This document shows positions 1-11,762 of a stretch of 64,000 bases of DNA, piece after piece. The notes below the pieces were generated by a model. That model worked only from the letters and a program-made list of their open reading frames with translations, did not search any database and was not told the DNA's origin. This DNA is from Bispira polyomma. Lineage: Eukaryota. The stretch is from assembly GCA_965649765.1 (NCBI GenBank), contig OZ287753.1, positions 69,874,001 through 69,938,000 on the forward strand, given 5' to 3'. The position numbers and the translations under genes are program-made. Numbering within the stretch: the first letter of the stretch is position 1; the number at the start of each line of letters is the position of its first letter.

Positions 1-558
1 GTAATCGCTAGCGTCTCCAATTCGAATCTGAGTACCTGCAAATTTAATATTCACCAATTTCAGAAACCAGTCTAGCAATATGGTGGCTAATGTAAACAAA
101 ATCTATTGAAAAATAAAGGCAAATATCTGGGGGAATATTGGAAATTAAGTATATTACCTGCAGGAATTATACCTAAATTATTGTTTTGATGAAGTGATCT
201 ACGACTAAAGGCGATTATATAAGAATTTTAACTTAAAACCTACTGATTTTTAAGTCTCTAAATCGCAACTTTTACTGCAGTTTCAAAACAAATTCGGTCC
301 ATAACCGTCCCCCTAGTTTTAAATGACTCCAAGCCCTTTATAGTTAATATTGGTCCTGTTGGACATTCATGAGACCTTAGCTGCCTTTTACATGACCCAT
401 ATTTTATATGGAAGTCCCTAGGTATAGAAATAGCCATTACCTGTGGCCATTTGTTTTTATGCAGTCACTACTCTATCAACTTTGGGTTGGGTATTTGGTT
501 TAGAGCCACTGGATGTGGTATGTACAACATTACATATTTCGAGATTTGTTTATTTTAG

Positions 559-626
559 GCGAGATCGACCGATGTATAAAGAAAGTGACAGAGGGAGTGG
601 AGCAGTTTGAGGATATTTGGCAAAAG
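559..626 (+). CDS. CNOT3: CNOT3 coding exon ([23 protein letters not shown]); start-codon exon lies upstream of the window
   Basis: ttttag acceptor, AAG|gtaaat donor; peptide matches the Not3 N-terminal domain. Confidence 0.96.
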
Positions 627-1609
627 GTAAATATTGATGCTCTTTGGGCTACTTTAGTTTTGTGGTTGTTTTATAATGCTACAAACTTGGTAATTGTCAG
701 TTTTATTGTACGCGTTTCCCACAATTGAGAGTGATGTTTTGGTTTTCGGAACACTTGCAGAAATTTGATCATGATTACATCATCCTGTTTTTAAAAAAAA
801 AATGTTTTTCAAAACTCTGATAGTAAAAAGATTACTAAGCTTTTAAGTACAAATACTAACAATAAATCACATCGCCATAATATTTGACACTGATCAACTT
901 TTGGTTTCTCTCTTGTGAGTACATAGTTTAGTGATATCTTTTCCATGTGAAATTTTTGCGTTGAGGTTTCATTTTTTCTCCAAATTATAAATATTGCAGT
1001 TTTGAGTATACTTTAAATGTTGAAGGGTGAAAAAATGAAGGGTGATAGTTAACGTTGTAAATAGAAAAATTGTTTGATTAGTTGTTGGTTGGTTTCTTGA
1101 ATAAAACTTAAAACCAGTTATAAATGTTCAACAGCAGTTGTTGGTTTTACATTAAATTTGAGTATTTTCTGCAGTGCGTAAACAAATTTTTCAATATTTA
1201 AATTTCATTGTATGCTTTGGGACAATAAGCTGATTTGTCCAACATAGATTTATATTTATTCAAGAAATTAGTATTGCATAAATTCAACATATTGAAGTGA
1301 AAAAGAATCTACTAGATCTGTCTTCTATTACAAAATAGGGAGTGTTTTGTCCCAAGTATTAATGTTTTTTCTGAAGTATACCAATGTTTCGAATATAGTC
1401 TAAAATATTTGAAAAGAGTGTCTGTCAGTAATGTTAATAAAATTTAAATGAATGATAAAATATTTAAATGTGGTAAAACTGTAGAAAATGTTTAGGCCAT
1501 TAAACAAGTGCTTGCAGATTTGTATAAAATTACCTCACAGTATGAGAAGGGCTGTAAATAGATGCTTACAGATTTGCATGAAAATATAGATTGATACATT
1601 TATTATTGA

Positions 1610-1735
<126 letters not shown>

Positions 1736-1807
1736 TGACAATTATTTTTAAACTAAAACAACCAAAAAAAATCACATTAATTAATAAATAAAACATGTAT
1801 GTATTAT

Positions 1808-2113
1808 GGGGCCGCGGTGGCCTAGTGGTTAGCAAGCATTGCGCTTCACAATCACTGGTCTCTCACCTCTGGGCGGGGCGAGTTCGAATCCCGTCGATGC
1901 CTATGTGGGAAAGGTGGTAGTTCCTTACTGTGGGCCGCTGGTTTCTCTGCAGAACCTTGATCGACTGTATGCAGTGTTTCCTCCAGCGTTTCATGAGACC
2001 TTAGCTGCCTTTTACATGACCCATATTTTATATGGAAGTCCCTAGGTATAGAAATACCCGTCCTAATATAACCTACTAAAAGGTACTAGAGTGGACGTTA
2101 AATATCCAAATTC
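1808..2113 (+). mobile_element. tRNA-derived SINE, full length
   Basis: A-box TGGCCTAGTGG, B-box GTTCGAATCC, 17-18 bp TSD aaacatgtatgtattat(g) at 1791 and 2114; sister copy at 45744. Confidence 0.92.
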
Positions 2114-2276
2114 AAACATGTATGTATTATGTGTGTTGGAGCATAATGTATGAGTGGAGGAACTTTTTTTGCAAAGTGTTTTATGAAACTGATGGAGTAA
2201 TTGAGACACACAACAAAAAGCCACTGTCATTCAATTTAAGAATAACACTTTACCTTCATGCTGTGATAGTAGAAAG

Positions 2277-2710
2277 TAGTGGTGGAACGATTGTCTCGGG
2301 AAAATGTCGATGCATCAGTCGAGATAGCGTATACTATCAAACATCGATCCTCCCACATCGTCTATTGATTACTTGCCAAATACTGTACCTAACTTCAACT
2401 AATAGATATTTTGACATTTTTATGTGATTTAAGATATTTTTTAAGTCAAATAAAACAATTTTTGTCACTTTTGTTTTTGTCTACCGCTATGTTTCCCGGA
2501 AGTCCAACAGGTTAGCAGTTGGTACTACATGTCTAACATTTGAATTTGACCAAATTCTCACCGTATTACAATATATTCGGCTCGGGATGGCAGAATAAGT
2601 AATTTAATACTTTATGGCAATATAAGTAAATATAAAATTTCAGGTCGATCATTGGTCGGAACATTAGGCAATTAATTGACCTGGAAAATACAGACCAATT
2701 CCCAACACTA
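2277..2710. mobile_element. hAT-type MITE (TAGTG...CACTA)
   Basis: Short TIRs; 8-bp TSD gtagaaag/gtaggaag once the adjacent element is removed; interior similar to 2716-3145. Confidence 0.7.
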
Positions 2711-2715
2711 GTAGG

Positions 2716-3145
2716 TAGTGAGTGGATGATTCGACGAACGTCTAAGCGTTCTTCGGTCTATTCACCCATAGACGTCGATCGTTAAAGATCATCAGAAAAT
2801 CGATCTTTACTAACCAAAAACACGGCAAAGTTCTCAACTTCAAGTAACATATATTTCTATGTTTTCATGTGATTTAACGTAGTTTTTAGGTCAAATAAAG
2901 CAATTTTTTTTGTTTATCGCCATGTTTACCAGAAGTCATTTTTGTAAGTGGTTGATATTAAATGTCGATTGTTTGAATTTGACCAAATTCTTACCGGATC
3001 ACAATATATTCGCCTGGGATGCAGGATGGGTAACTTACCATTAAAGAAATTTATACTTGTATGAATAATCGATTACAGGTCAATCATCGGTCGGACAATT
3101 AAGCCATTAATCGTCCTGTAATAGACAGACCAATTACACTCACTA
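2716..3145. mobile_element. hAT-type MITE (TAGTGAGTG...CACTCACTA)
   Basis: 9-bp TIR; perfect 8-bp TSD ctagtagg at 2708-2715 and 3146-3153. Confidence 0.85.
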
Positions 3146-3250
3146 CTAGTAGGAAGGACCACTTTGAATATTGGCTGAATCCTGTTTAGTGAATTCTATA
3201 ATTGAACCATTGTGCTTTAGTCACTGGACATGTGTTGTTTGTGTGTATAG

Positions 3251-3340
3251 CGCCAGAGAGATCAGATCAAGACATGGATGCAGTCCAATGACATCAAAGA
3301 CAAGAGACTATTAGCTGAAAATAGGAAGCTAATAGAAACT
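3251..3340 (+). CDS. CNOT3: CNOT3 exon ([30 protein letters not shown])
   Basis: tatag / gtaaga boundaries, conserved RDQIKTW motif. Confidence 0.97.
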
Positions 3341-4363
3341 GTAAGATACTCTTTTACTTTGGTCAAATCACTTCATATTTATTGACAACTGACAATTTTA
3401 ATAAAAATAGAAAAAAAAATAAGTTGTGCTTTACATATAATTGCAAGGAAAATACTGTCGGTTTCAAATATAAGGAACCATGAAAGTAAAAGTGTTCATT
3501 AAATGATATTAATATAAAACCGCATTTTTTGGCCCTCAGTTTGTGTTTTTGCAAGTGATGACTTCTACATTAGGTATTTTTATTTTGTCAAATGTATACC
3601 TTAGAAACCAGTTGTCATTCACAAGATTGTCACTCTTGTTCTCACCTTCATTTTATAGTTTGACCACAGAATTAGTGTCCCAATAATATATCATTGTGCG
3701 TTTGTTCTACAAACTACTTTAAATGTCATTCTTAGGGGAGGAGTATGGTATAATGCCGAACTCCAAGCGCTGTTAATTGTTTCCGTAATTCAGAATCATA
3801 GTCCATAGACAAAGCCCTGACCGAGTCAATAGCTATAGTATCCTGGGTAAAATAGAAAGTGTATTGGTAAGTAAGGACACTTAAGTATTTTAGCTTTGGC
3901 CAGTTTATTCTTGCACTTTGTAGCCTACTTTCCTTGGGTTTGTTTATCAGTAATCATTACCACCTTAAAGTGTGTTGTAGCATTTAAAGCTGTGGCGATA
4001 ACTTGATTAGTCGATGCATTAGTAGATGAAAATATAGAGATGCATCGTGTCCAGGCTTTATGACTTGAACATGTATATTTTACTCCGTCTTGACCAAATT
4101 TTAGTATCCGCCCAAAAGGACATTGTCACCCAGGAAAAATGTAAATAATTTGATTGATGAAAATGTAACTTTGGTAATTTTACACCTTGAGATGAGATTT
4201 TATTGTAGGAAAACAAAAAATAGTTAAGTTTAGGTGTATATCAGCACTTTATTTGGTTGGAATAAGTTTTTCGATGCATTGGTTGGGTCATAATCGATGC
4301 AAATGACACACACAGGCTGGCAGCTTTAGTAGCATTGTTCACAACCACGTTTATGTGTTGTAG

Positions 4364-4492
4364 CAAATGGAAAGATTTAAAGTGGTGGAAAGAGAGACCA
4401 AGACCAAGGCATACTCTAAAGAAGGCCTTGGCGGTGCTGCCAAGGTGGATCCCAAAGAGAAGGAAAAAGAGGAAGCGACAAACTGGTTGTCG
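4364..4492 (+). CDS. CNOT3: CNOT3 exon ([22 protein letters not shown]...TNWLS)
   Basis: ttgtag / gtaagc boundaries, hallmark [18 protein letters not shown] motif. Confidence 0.98.
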
Positions 4493-4853
4493 GTAAGCTC
4501 GACCCAGTATCAGTATGTATGGCCTATGGCTATACAACTTTTGGTGATTTGAGCTCTCATTTAATGTTTTAACAAAGATGTTATTGTTTTACTGTATTCT
4601 AGTAATAGTAGTGTAACAATTTAAAAAAAATATTGTAGAATGTATAAATTTATTGACGTTATGTCACCAGTTTGTACAGTACAACCTTAATTATTGGAAC
4701 TTCTATTTTCCGAATATTCAATTTCATGAACTTTGATTCACTCTCCCAAATCTATGTTTGGCTATTGTTTTGTACATAAATACCTCTTATTTTATGGACA
4801 CACAAAATCTTGCTCTCCCAACAGTGATTTTACTGTAATTGTCACTTTTGCAG

Positions 4854-4943
4854 ACCATGATCAACGAACTGAACCTGCAAGTGGATAGGTTTGACAGTGA
4901 GATGGAAAGCATATCATCGGCAAAACGGAAGAAAGACAAAGAT
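4854..4943 (+). CDS. CNOT3: CNOT3 exon (TMINELNLQVDRFDSEMESISSAKRKKDKD)
   Basis: ttgcag / gtaagt boundaries, in frame with neighbouring exons. Confidence 0.95.
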
Positions 4944-5222
4944 GTAAGTTAATCGTAAGATGATACAGCTATGGCTATATCAAGATTAATACAGTAGAAC
5001 TTCTATTTTCTTTTTATGAACTCATTTTTACTCTCGCATATGTATGTGTTTTGGCTATTGTTTTACACCAAAAATCCTTTCTTAATAAATTGCTTCTTTT
5101 ATGGACCTTCTAGTATCAGAACAAAATCTTGCTCTCCCTGTTTGTTCAGGTAATAGAAGTTTTCTTATTTATTGTTACTCTTTTTTTTTTTTTTTTTATC
5201 TCAATATTTTGTATGTCTACAG

Positions 5223-5336
5223 AAAACGGAAAGATTAGAAGAGTTAAAGAAATGGTTAGAACATCATCGGTTTCACATCTCAAAACTAGAGTCACTTATG
5301 AGAGTGGTTGACAATGATGCAATAGACTGTGAACAG
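5223..5336 (+). CDS. CNOT3: CNOT3 exon (KTERLEELKKWLEHHRFHISKLESLMRVVDNDAIDCEQ)
   Basis: ctacag / gtttga boundaries, Not3 helix motif H.FHI.KLE.LMR..DN. Confidence 0.93.
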
Positions 5337-5756
5337 GTTTGACCCTTCAGTTTTAAAGAAGTTTCTTTTATTTGGTACATAATGTAAGAAAAAGCAGTCC
5401 ATAATAGTTTATAGGAAGACGGTTAAATGTAAGCAGTTTTGAATTTATATTCCTTTGTTTCTTTAATAGCACAAAACTTCAAAAGCTGATTCACTTATTT
5501 TACATCTCAATACAAAGTATGGGGCTGTCTGATCTCGGGAAGATTGTCATAAGTAGAATTGACAACATTGTTAGTTCCAGGCCCGAAATTCTATAGAAAT
5601 TTAAAAAGTCTTCTTTGTTTTTTTCAAGGAAAGTAGAGTTGAGTAAATTTAAAGAAATTATATTGCATTAGATTTACATGCTGGTAAAAACACTGTTAGT
5701 AATAAAGTGGCAAAGCAATACAGGACAGATTTACAGGAGAAAGACTATTTTTACAG

Positions 5757-6107
5757 GTGAGCAATTTGCGGGAAGATGTGGAGTATTATGTGGAATCCAA
5801 CCAAGAAGCAGGATTCGAAGAGAATGAATTTCTTTACGATGACTTGGAAATTGAAGAGATGCCAGTACCTGTCAATATCGTGGCCACTTCGCCTCCGACA
5901 GACTCAATGGAAGATCACATTTCCTTGTCCAGCAACCCGTTGATTACACAGTCGTCCTCCACGACATCAACAATAGTAAACAATAGCACATCACCTTCTC
6001 CTAGTCCAAGCTCGACGAGTAGCAGTGGTGGGGTTAGCAATCATTCCAGGGATTCTAAAGACACGGAAACCAGGAAAAGACAAAAGTCAGAAAGCCTGGC
6101 AGATGAT
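5757..6107 (+). CDS. CNOT3: CNOT3 exon ([30 protein letters not shown]... then S/T-rich linker)
   Basis: ttacag / gtaagt boundaries; DVEYYV..NQ...[11 protein letters not shown] ends the Not3 domain; 351 nt, phase 0-0. Confidence 0.95.
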
Positions 6108-6650
6108 GTAAGTCCTAGACTAGTATTCACAAAGATTACAAGTCTTCGTCGCAAGCAATTTGATTGCCTGAGAATATTTTTTTTAAAGAATCTGATTGGA
6201 ATTGAAAAAGTATCTAAGAATTGCATTTTAAGTATGTTATTTAACTACGGCGCCTGGGTTTAACTGTTTACCAAGAATTGATGTTTTAGAGAGAACAATT
6301 AAAAGTTTAACCAAAATCAGGCTGAGATGTTAGGATTGTCCTTTTTGCTATCTGAGGGGTATATATAACTGTTTAAGGTGTGAAAGTTGCATTGGTATAT
6401 TGGTCAATTCATACCAATTAGAATTGATAGAAAAAAGTTGAGGTGATCCACTTTTCGAATTGAATTTATGGGAATCCATACAATAGTATTGGTACAAAGA
6501 TGAGTAAAAATACCTTGTGTAGAGGAGAGCTGTTGTTTTGGCCTAAATTTATATGGTGATAACCGACGTTTGGGTAGTGTAGAGCGTGTGGTGTCTCATT
6601 GGTATGCATTGTTTGTATGGACATGCTTTTATGTGGTCCTGTGTTTCCAG

Positions 6651-6748
6651 AAACAGAGCAGCATTTCTCAACACACAGCCAAAGGCTCCTTGTCAAACAC
6701 GTCATCCAGTCGAACATCACAAACGCCCAGCAAGCATAGTCACCAGAA
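6651..6748 (+). CDS. CNOT3: CNOT3 linker exon (KQSSISQHTAKGSLSNTSSSRTSQTPSKHSHQ)
   Basis: ttccag / gtaagt boundaries, phase 0-2 fits both neighbours. Confidence 0.85.
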
Positions 6749-6944
6749 GTAAGTTTAAGATATAATCAGGTATTCGCCAGAAGTCAGTGCAATAAAAGGT
6801 AGTCCATAGAAGTAATTGTGACAACAGATAGTCACTAGAACAAAAGTCAATGTAATAAAAGATATCAACTATAAATAAGTGCAATCAAAGATAGGTACCA
6901 AAAATAAGTGCAATAACGGAGTCAACAGAAAGGCTCATTGGCGT

Positions 6945-7335
6945 AGAAAAGTTGGCTGTTGCTTGCCGATGCCTGGTGGTTTACTGTGCAGAATCCTAAC
7001 TAATTGGTATGCACTGCTTTCCCACACCAGTGAAACTTGCCGTCAGCATATGACCTATATCATGCTTTAAAAGTGACGTTCAACCCCAATCTATCAATTA
7101 TGTTGCACTTGCATATCTCCTACTCACTGACTTGCCTGTTGCTGGTCTTTGGTGAATACATTATGTTTCTGTGAGGTTGTGGGTTCAAATCTGATAGGAG
7201 AAAGTTGGCAGTTACCGGTGGTTTACAGTGCAGAATCTTGAGCAGCTAGTATGGCTTTTCCCCACCTGTTAAAACTCTCTAATGTGATATGACCTGTACA
7301 TTGTGTTGAAAATGACGTTCAACCCTATTTAATCC
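6945..7335 (+). mobile_element. Two degenerate SINE copies in tandem (related subfamily)
   Basis: aaagttggc...ggtggttta..gtgcagaatc...atatgacc...gacgttcaaccc occurs twice. Confidence 0.65.
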
Positions 7336-7688
7336 TCCCACTCTTGCCTGTCTCCAACTCACTGACTTGCCTGTCTCAGGTTTTTGATAAATACATTATG
7401 GTTTGAATTTCTCGTAGTTTGCATTATAGAGTTTTACATATTCAAGCCCTGTGTATAGCTTGTATAATCTGTATGTAATTGTATTTGTGCTGTTTCACTC
7501 ATTATTCATATAGGGATTAAATTATATGTAAACCAAAACCCTGTTAAGGCGAATCTGAAGGGGACCATAAAGTTGTAAATTGTACAGAAATTCTAATTCT
7601 ATAAATTGTACTTGACGCATAATTTCACTTCTAAGAGCTCTACTTAAACAGGTTTGACTGTATTTTATTACTGTTGTGTACTCTTCAG

Positions 7689-7813
7689 TGGAGCGTCAGG
7701 GTCGACCACGCCGCTGGAAGGCAGTGGTTCACACGGTGCTGCACCTGCTCCCCATAACCATGCTCCGCAACAGTACTCCCACGCAGCAGGGGCCCACAAC
7801 TCACACACACAAG
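7689..7813 (+). CDS. CNOT3: CNOT3 linker exon (GASGSTTPLEG...QQYSHAAGAHNSHTQ)
   Basis: cttcag / gtgagt boundaries, GC-rich, phase 2-1. Confidence 0.87.
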
Positions 7814-7842
7814 GTGAGTGGCAACACAAGGAAGCAATACTG

Positions 7843-8270
7843 CTACTGACACACATATGCACATCTTTAGTTGATAGATAAATGGCTCACGTTACAGTCC
7901 TGAGCGTTCTCACGGAACACCATATTGAATTTTCTATGTACTAGTATTGAGTATAGTTGATGATTACTATGGCTAACTGGAGTGTTGAAACCAAAGCTAC
8001 TTGCACAAATGCACATCTTTAGTAGATAGATGATTGGGTCACGTTAAAGTCCTGAGCGTTATCACGGAACACCATATTGAATTTTCTGTGTACTGGTATT
8101 GAGTATAGTTAATGATTACTATGGCTAACTGGAGTATTAATACCACAGCTACTTACACAAACGCACATCTTCAGTAGATAGATGGTTGGCTCGCGTTAAA
8201 GTCCTGAGCTTTCTCACAAAACACCATTTTGAATTCTGTGTACTAGTATTGAGTATAGTTGTAGATAATA
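7843..8270 (+). repeat. Tandem repeat, about 152-bp unit, about 2.8 copies
   Basis: gctac...gcacatctttagt...agtcctgagc...gtattgagtatagtt occurs three times. Confidence 0.9.
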
Positions 8271-9694
8271 ACTAAATTAACTAATGGAGACTATTCAACA
8301 AAGATGTTGTTGAATAGAATGTTAGTTTGTAAAAGAGACCGCATTCTGGATGCTTTATTTTCTGCAGTTGTCTAATGTGCACTTTTTTTTGGCACAACTC
8401 TTCAATGATCAGAGGTGTTTAGAGTAATTTGCACGAGAAATTTTTTTATAGTGTTATGGTTACAAGTTTTGTGAGGAATGAAATAATAACTGGTGCTGTG
8501 TATTGTATAAGTTCACTATTGTGGGGCTGTATATCTTACACAATTTATCACTGCATTGGATATTTTTTGCAGTTCGTATCTTTGAACTCTATTTGGTTTG
8601 GCCAATCTTAGGTCCTAATGAAACTTTTTGATGGTTAAGGCATGCAGAACCTTTTTTTGTGTTCTTATCATGGCTTCACCTTAAAAAATATTTTTGTATG
8701 TATACCTCAACACCTTTGATTGTATTGTCTCTTTAAAAAACTCAAGTACTTGCCATGGAAATTTGGAATTTGGTAGAAATACCCCTTAATTTAACAATCT
8801 ATTGACATGTCCGTGTATTTTTTTTTAAATAAAATGCTTTTATCTTGATGTACCATTTTGTGTTATGTTTCTTGAGATTACCTTAATAAAACAGATTAAC
8901 ATACTTTTCCAGTAACTTCTAGAAATATGTGAATGTTTTAAAACAACTATGTCTTCATGTAACACTCTCAAGGCTAAAGTGTGTATTTGTGTCAAGCTTC
9001 AATCTTAAAAACATTTAATTCGAAAAAAAGAAGGCAATTTGCCAGGGGTTACAATTGGAATTAATACAGTACCAGTAGACTCTTTATGACTAGAACCACC
9101 GTATAAATCTTAACTAGAACCAATTTGTTGGTCACAACATTCAAAAATACTAGATAGAAGTATAAATTGGCCACAAATGGAACCAAATCCTGTATTGGAC
9201 CTGGTTTAAAGTGCTTTTGGCATTGGTTTCCACCACTAAATCTAGGGGCGTTGTGATATTACCTAAGCTGTTGAAAGCAACGTAAAAACCAACCAAAGTA
9301 AAATTCCTAGGTTGGGCATAAATGTAAAGGGATGCAAAGGATTTTGTCAAATGAATAATGCGGCCAGGTGTGTATTATGGGGTAATTGTGAGCATGTGGC
9401 CCGGTTTCATTCTAGATAAGCTATTACCTCACACTATTAACACAAAGTTTGAAAATATTACAGACGTGGCCTTTATGTTGTTCGTTTGTCTACATGTTTG
9501 CAGAAGTTTTCTCTATGCATTTGATGCTTGTCCTTACACATTTAGATGTTAATGCATTAGTGTTTGCTTTATTTACTAACACATGAAAAACAAGGAAAAG
9601 GCTTTCTTTCTCCTGTTCCAAAGGTGGACATTAAAAATGTATTTAAAAGTGTTCTCTGTTGCTTTCAAACACCTAACTTTTAAAAGAAACATCT

Positions 9695-9938
9695 GGACCC
9701 GTATTCTCAAACGTAAACTCAGCTTAAACTCATACTCAACTCAAATACAGACCATGTGGAAATCATTGTACATGGAAATAACCTACACTTGTGACCATTC
9801 ATTTTAATAGAGCTTTTAACCCTGAATTCAAATATCAAGTCAGATTTTAGATATATTTACCGTATTTAGAGATATAGAGATTCCAGATTTGAGTTGAGTA
9901 TGAGTTTAAGCTGAGTATACGTTCGAGAATACCAGCCC
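9695..9938 (-). mobile_element. 244-bp MITE, probably PIF/Harbinger type (copy A)
   Basis: About 50-bp TIR (gtattctc.aacgta.actcagcttaaactcatactcaactcaaat), CWG-like flanks. Confidence 0.85.
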
Positions 9939-10207
9939 AAATATTTACCGTAACTCTTGCACCCCTTCTAAAAGAACCTCCTTTAAACTTGCTCTTAAGC
10001 TCAAAACCATATATTTATTGTCATGAAAATTTAGAAAAAAATACTAGTTGTTTTAGGTTTGATAGTTTCAGGACTTTTGTGCAGGGGTATATACTATATT
10101 CTTATTCCCTCCGTCACCGTAAAGATTTGTTTCTATAAGGGGGCTTGATTCTGCAGACATGTACTATCACACATGCCACCTATTGGCCCCTGTCTGTGGC
10201 CTTGTAG

Positions 10208-10306
10208 GTGTGCCGCCTTCCATCCTACAGCGCCCCCTACTAGCCAGTGCACTGCCCAACCAGTTACATGGCCTCCACCGCAACGCAGCCAGTTTATGGC
10301 AGCAGG
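10208..10306 (+). CDS. CNOT3: Candidate CNOT3 cassette exon (GVPPSILQRPLLASALPNQLHGLHRNAASLWQQ); second in-frame acceptor at 10157
   Basis: GC-rich island, ttgtag acceptor, G|gtaagc donor, 99 nt (or 150 nt), phase 1-1, open in the required frame. Confidence 0.55.
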
Positions 10307-10736
10307 GTAAGCGTGTATAGAGATCTCTCATTACATCAGTGGGCCCTATAATGGTGGGAGGGAACTTATTTAACCCTTTTGATCTCCTAGCTTGTCGGCT
10401 AGCTAGCATTTCCTACTCTCAGAACCTACGTCTATCAGCAAGAAGTTGATCCCTCAAAAAATATTATTGTCGTTCAGTTTCTCGCAATAGGAAGTTGTTG
10501 TAGGTGAGTCTGTTATTGAATGTCGGAAGTATTCTGTGTGTTTAAGTGACTCCAGCTGCCTATATGTAACATATTCCTCAATAATTTATTCAGTTACCGG
10601 CGATAGTTTTCTCTTAGGGTCAAAAGGGTTAATGGTTGTAACTTTGGTTTCAGTAATTTATTGAAGTCTTGTAGGTTTTATGACATGTTTTTTTTTAGAC
10701 TTTTAGGGAAAAAAAACTTTTAGGAAAGAGCATTCA

Positions 10737-10980
10737 GGGCTGGTATTCTCGAACGTATACTCAGCTTAAACTCATACTCAACTCAAATCTGGATGCTCTA
10801 TATCTCTGGATATGTTAAATATATCTAAAATCTGACTTGGTATTTGAATTCAGGGTTAAAAGCTCTATTAAAATGAATGGTTACAAGTATAGGTTATTTC
10901 CATGTACAATGATTTCCACATGGCCTGTATTTGAGTTGAGTATGAGTTTAAGCTGAGTATACGTTCGTGAATACGGGCCC
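10737..10980 (+). mobile_element. 244-bp MITE (copy B), inverted relative to copy A
   Basis: Same TIRs; interior is the reverse complement of 9695-9938. Confidence 0.88.
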
Positions 10981-11762
10981 TGGTCTTTAACTTGCATCAC
11001 TCTACTGTTTGTTTCTGGATTCTTATCCCACTACAGCTATTAATATTGTTGTTAATATTGCCGTTTCTTATTGAGAAATACCTTCCATGCTTAAACCAGA
11101 TCTCAGAAACAAGATACAGCTGTTCCATATCATGACCTCATTTCTACTAGGGTCAAATTTTAACAGATCGATTATTCACACAGATCTCCCACCAATCAGC
11201 CACTCTGAATGGCCTAATTTCTAACTTTGACCGTGGTGTTATTACTTTGATCTTAAAAGTTGTGTCTGGACTGTATTACCTAGATTTGACCATTGACCTA
11301 CAATTAATAACTTTGTCCTAGAAACAATCTTTTCCTGAAGTTCATATTTCGCCTTGGTGAAATGATCTCCACCTTAAATAATTAATTGATAACCGTGACC
11401 TAAAAACAACCTTTTTATTGCATAAGAATGCGTTCACTTACGATTACTATAGGAAGTGACGTGTTCGTATGCTTTAGCATGAGTTGGATGGAATGGAGAA
11501 GGTGTACAAAACATGTCGACAAGCAAATCTCGAAACTGGTAGGGAGCTATGGTCTGAAATTTGCATTGAGTCTAGTTTAGAACTTCATTTTTGGCCTTGG
11601 TGAAATGATCTTTCAAATTATTCATTAAAGCTTGATGGTGTAAGAACATCTTAACCTGACCTTGCATCGCATTTAGTAAATATTTCCATGAACTTTGATA
11701 GGTTTTCCTGGTGTCTGTGGGGTGTTGGCATTTACAATGTTTTTATTCAGGTTTGCTTTGTT

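Noticed and set aside
1808-1895. tRNA gene
   Set aside because: A and B boxes are present, but the sequence continues into a SINE body with a TSD and several copies; no clean cloverleaf is evident.
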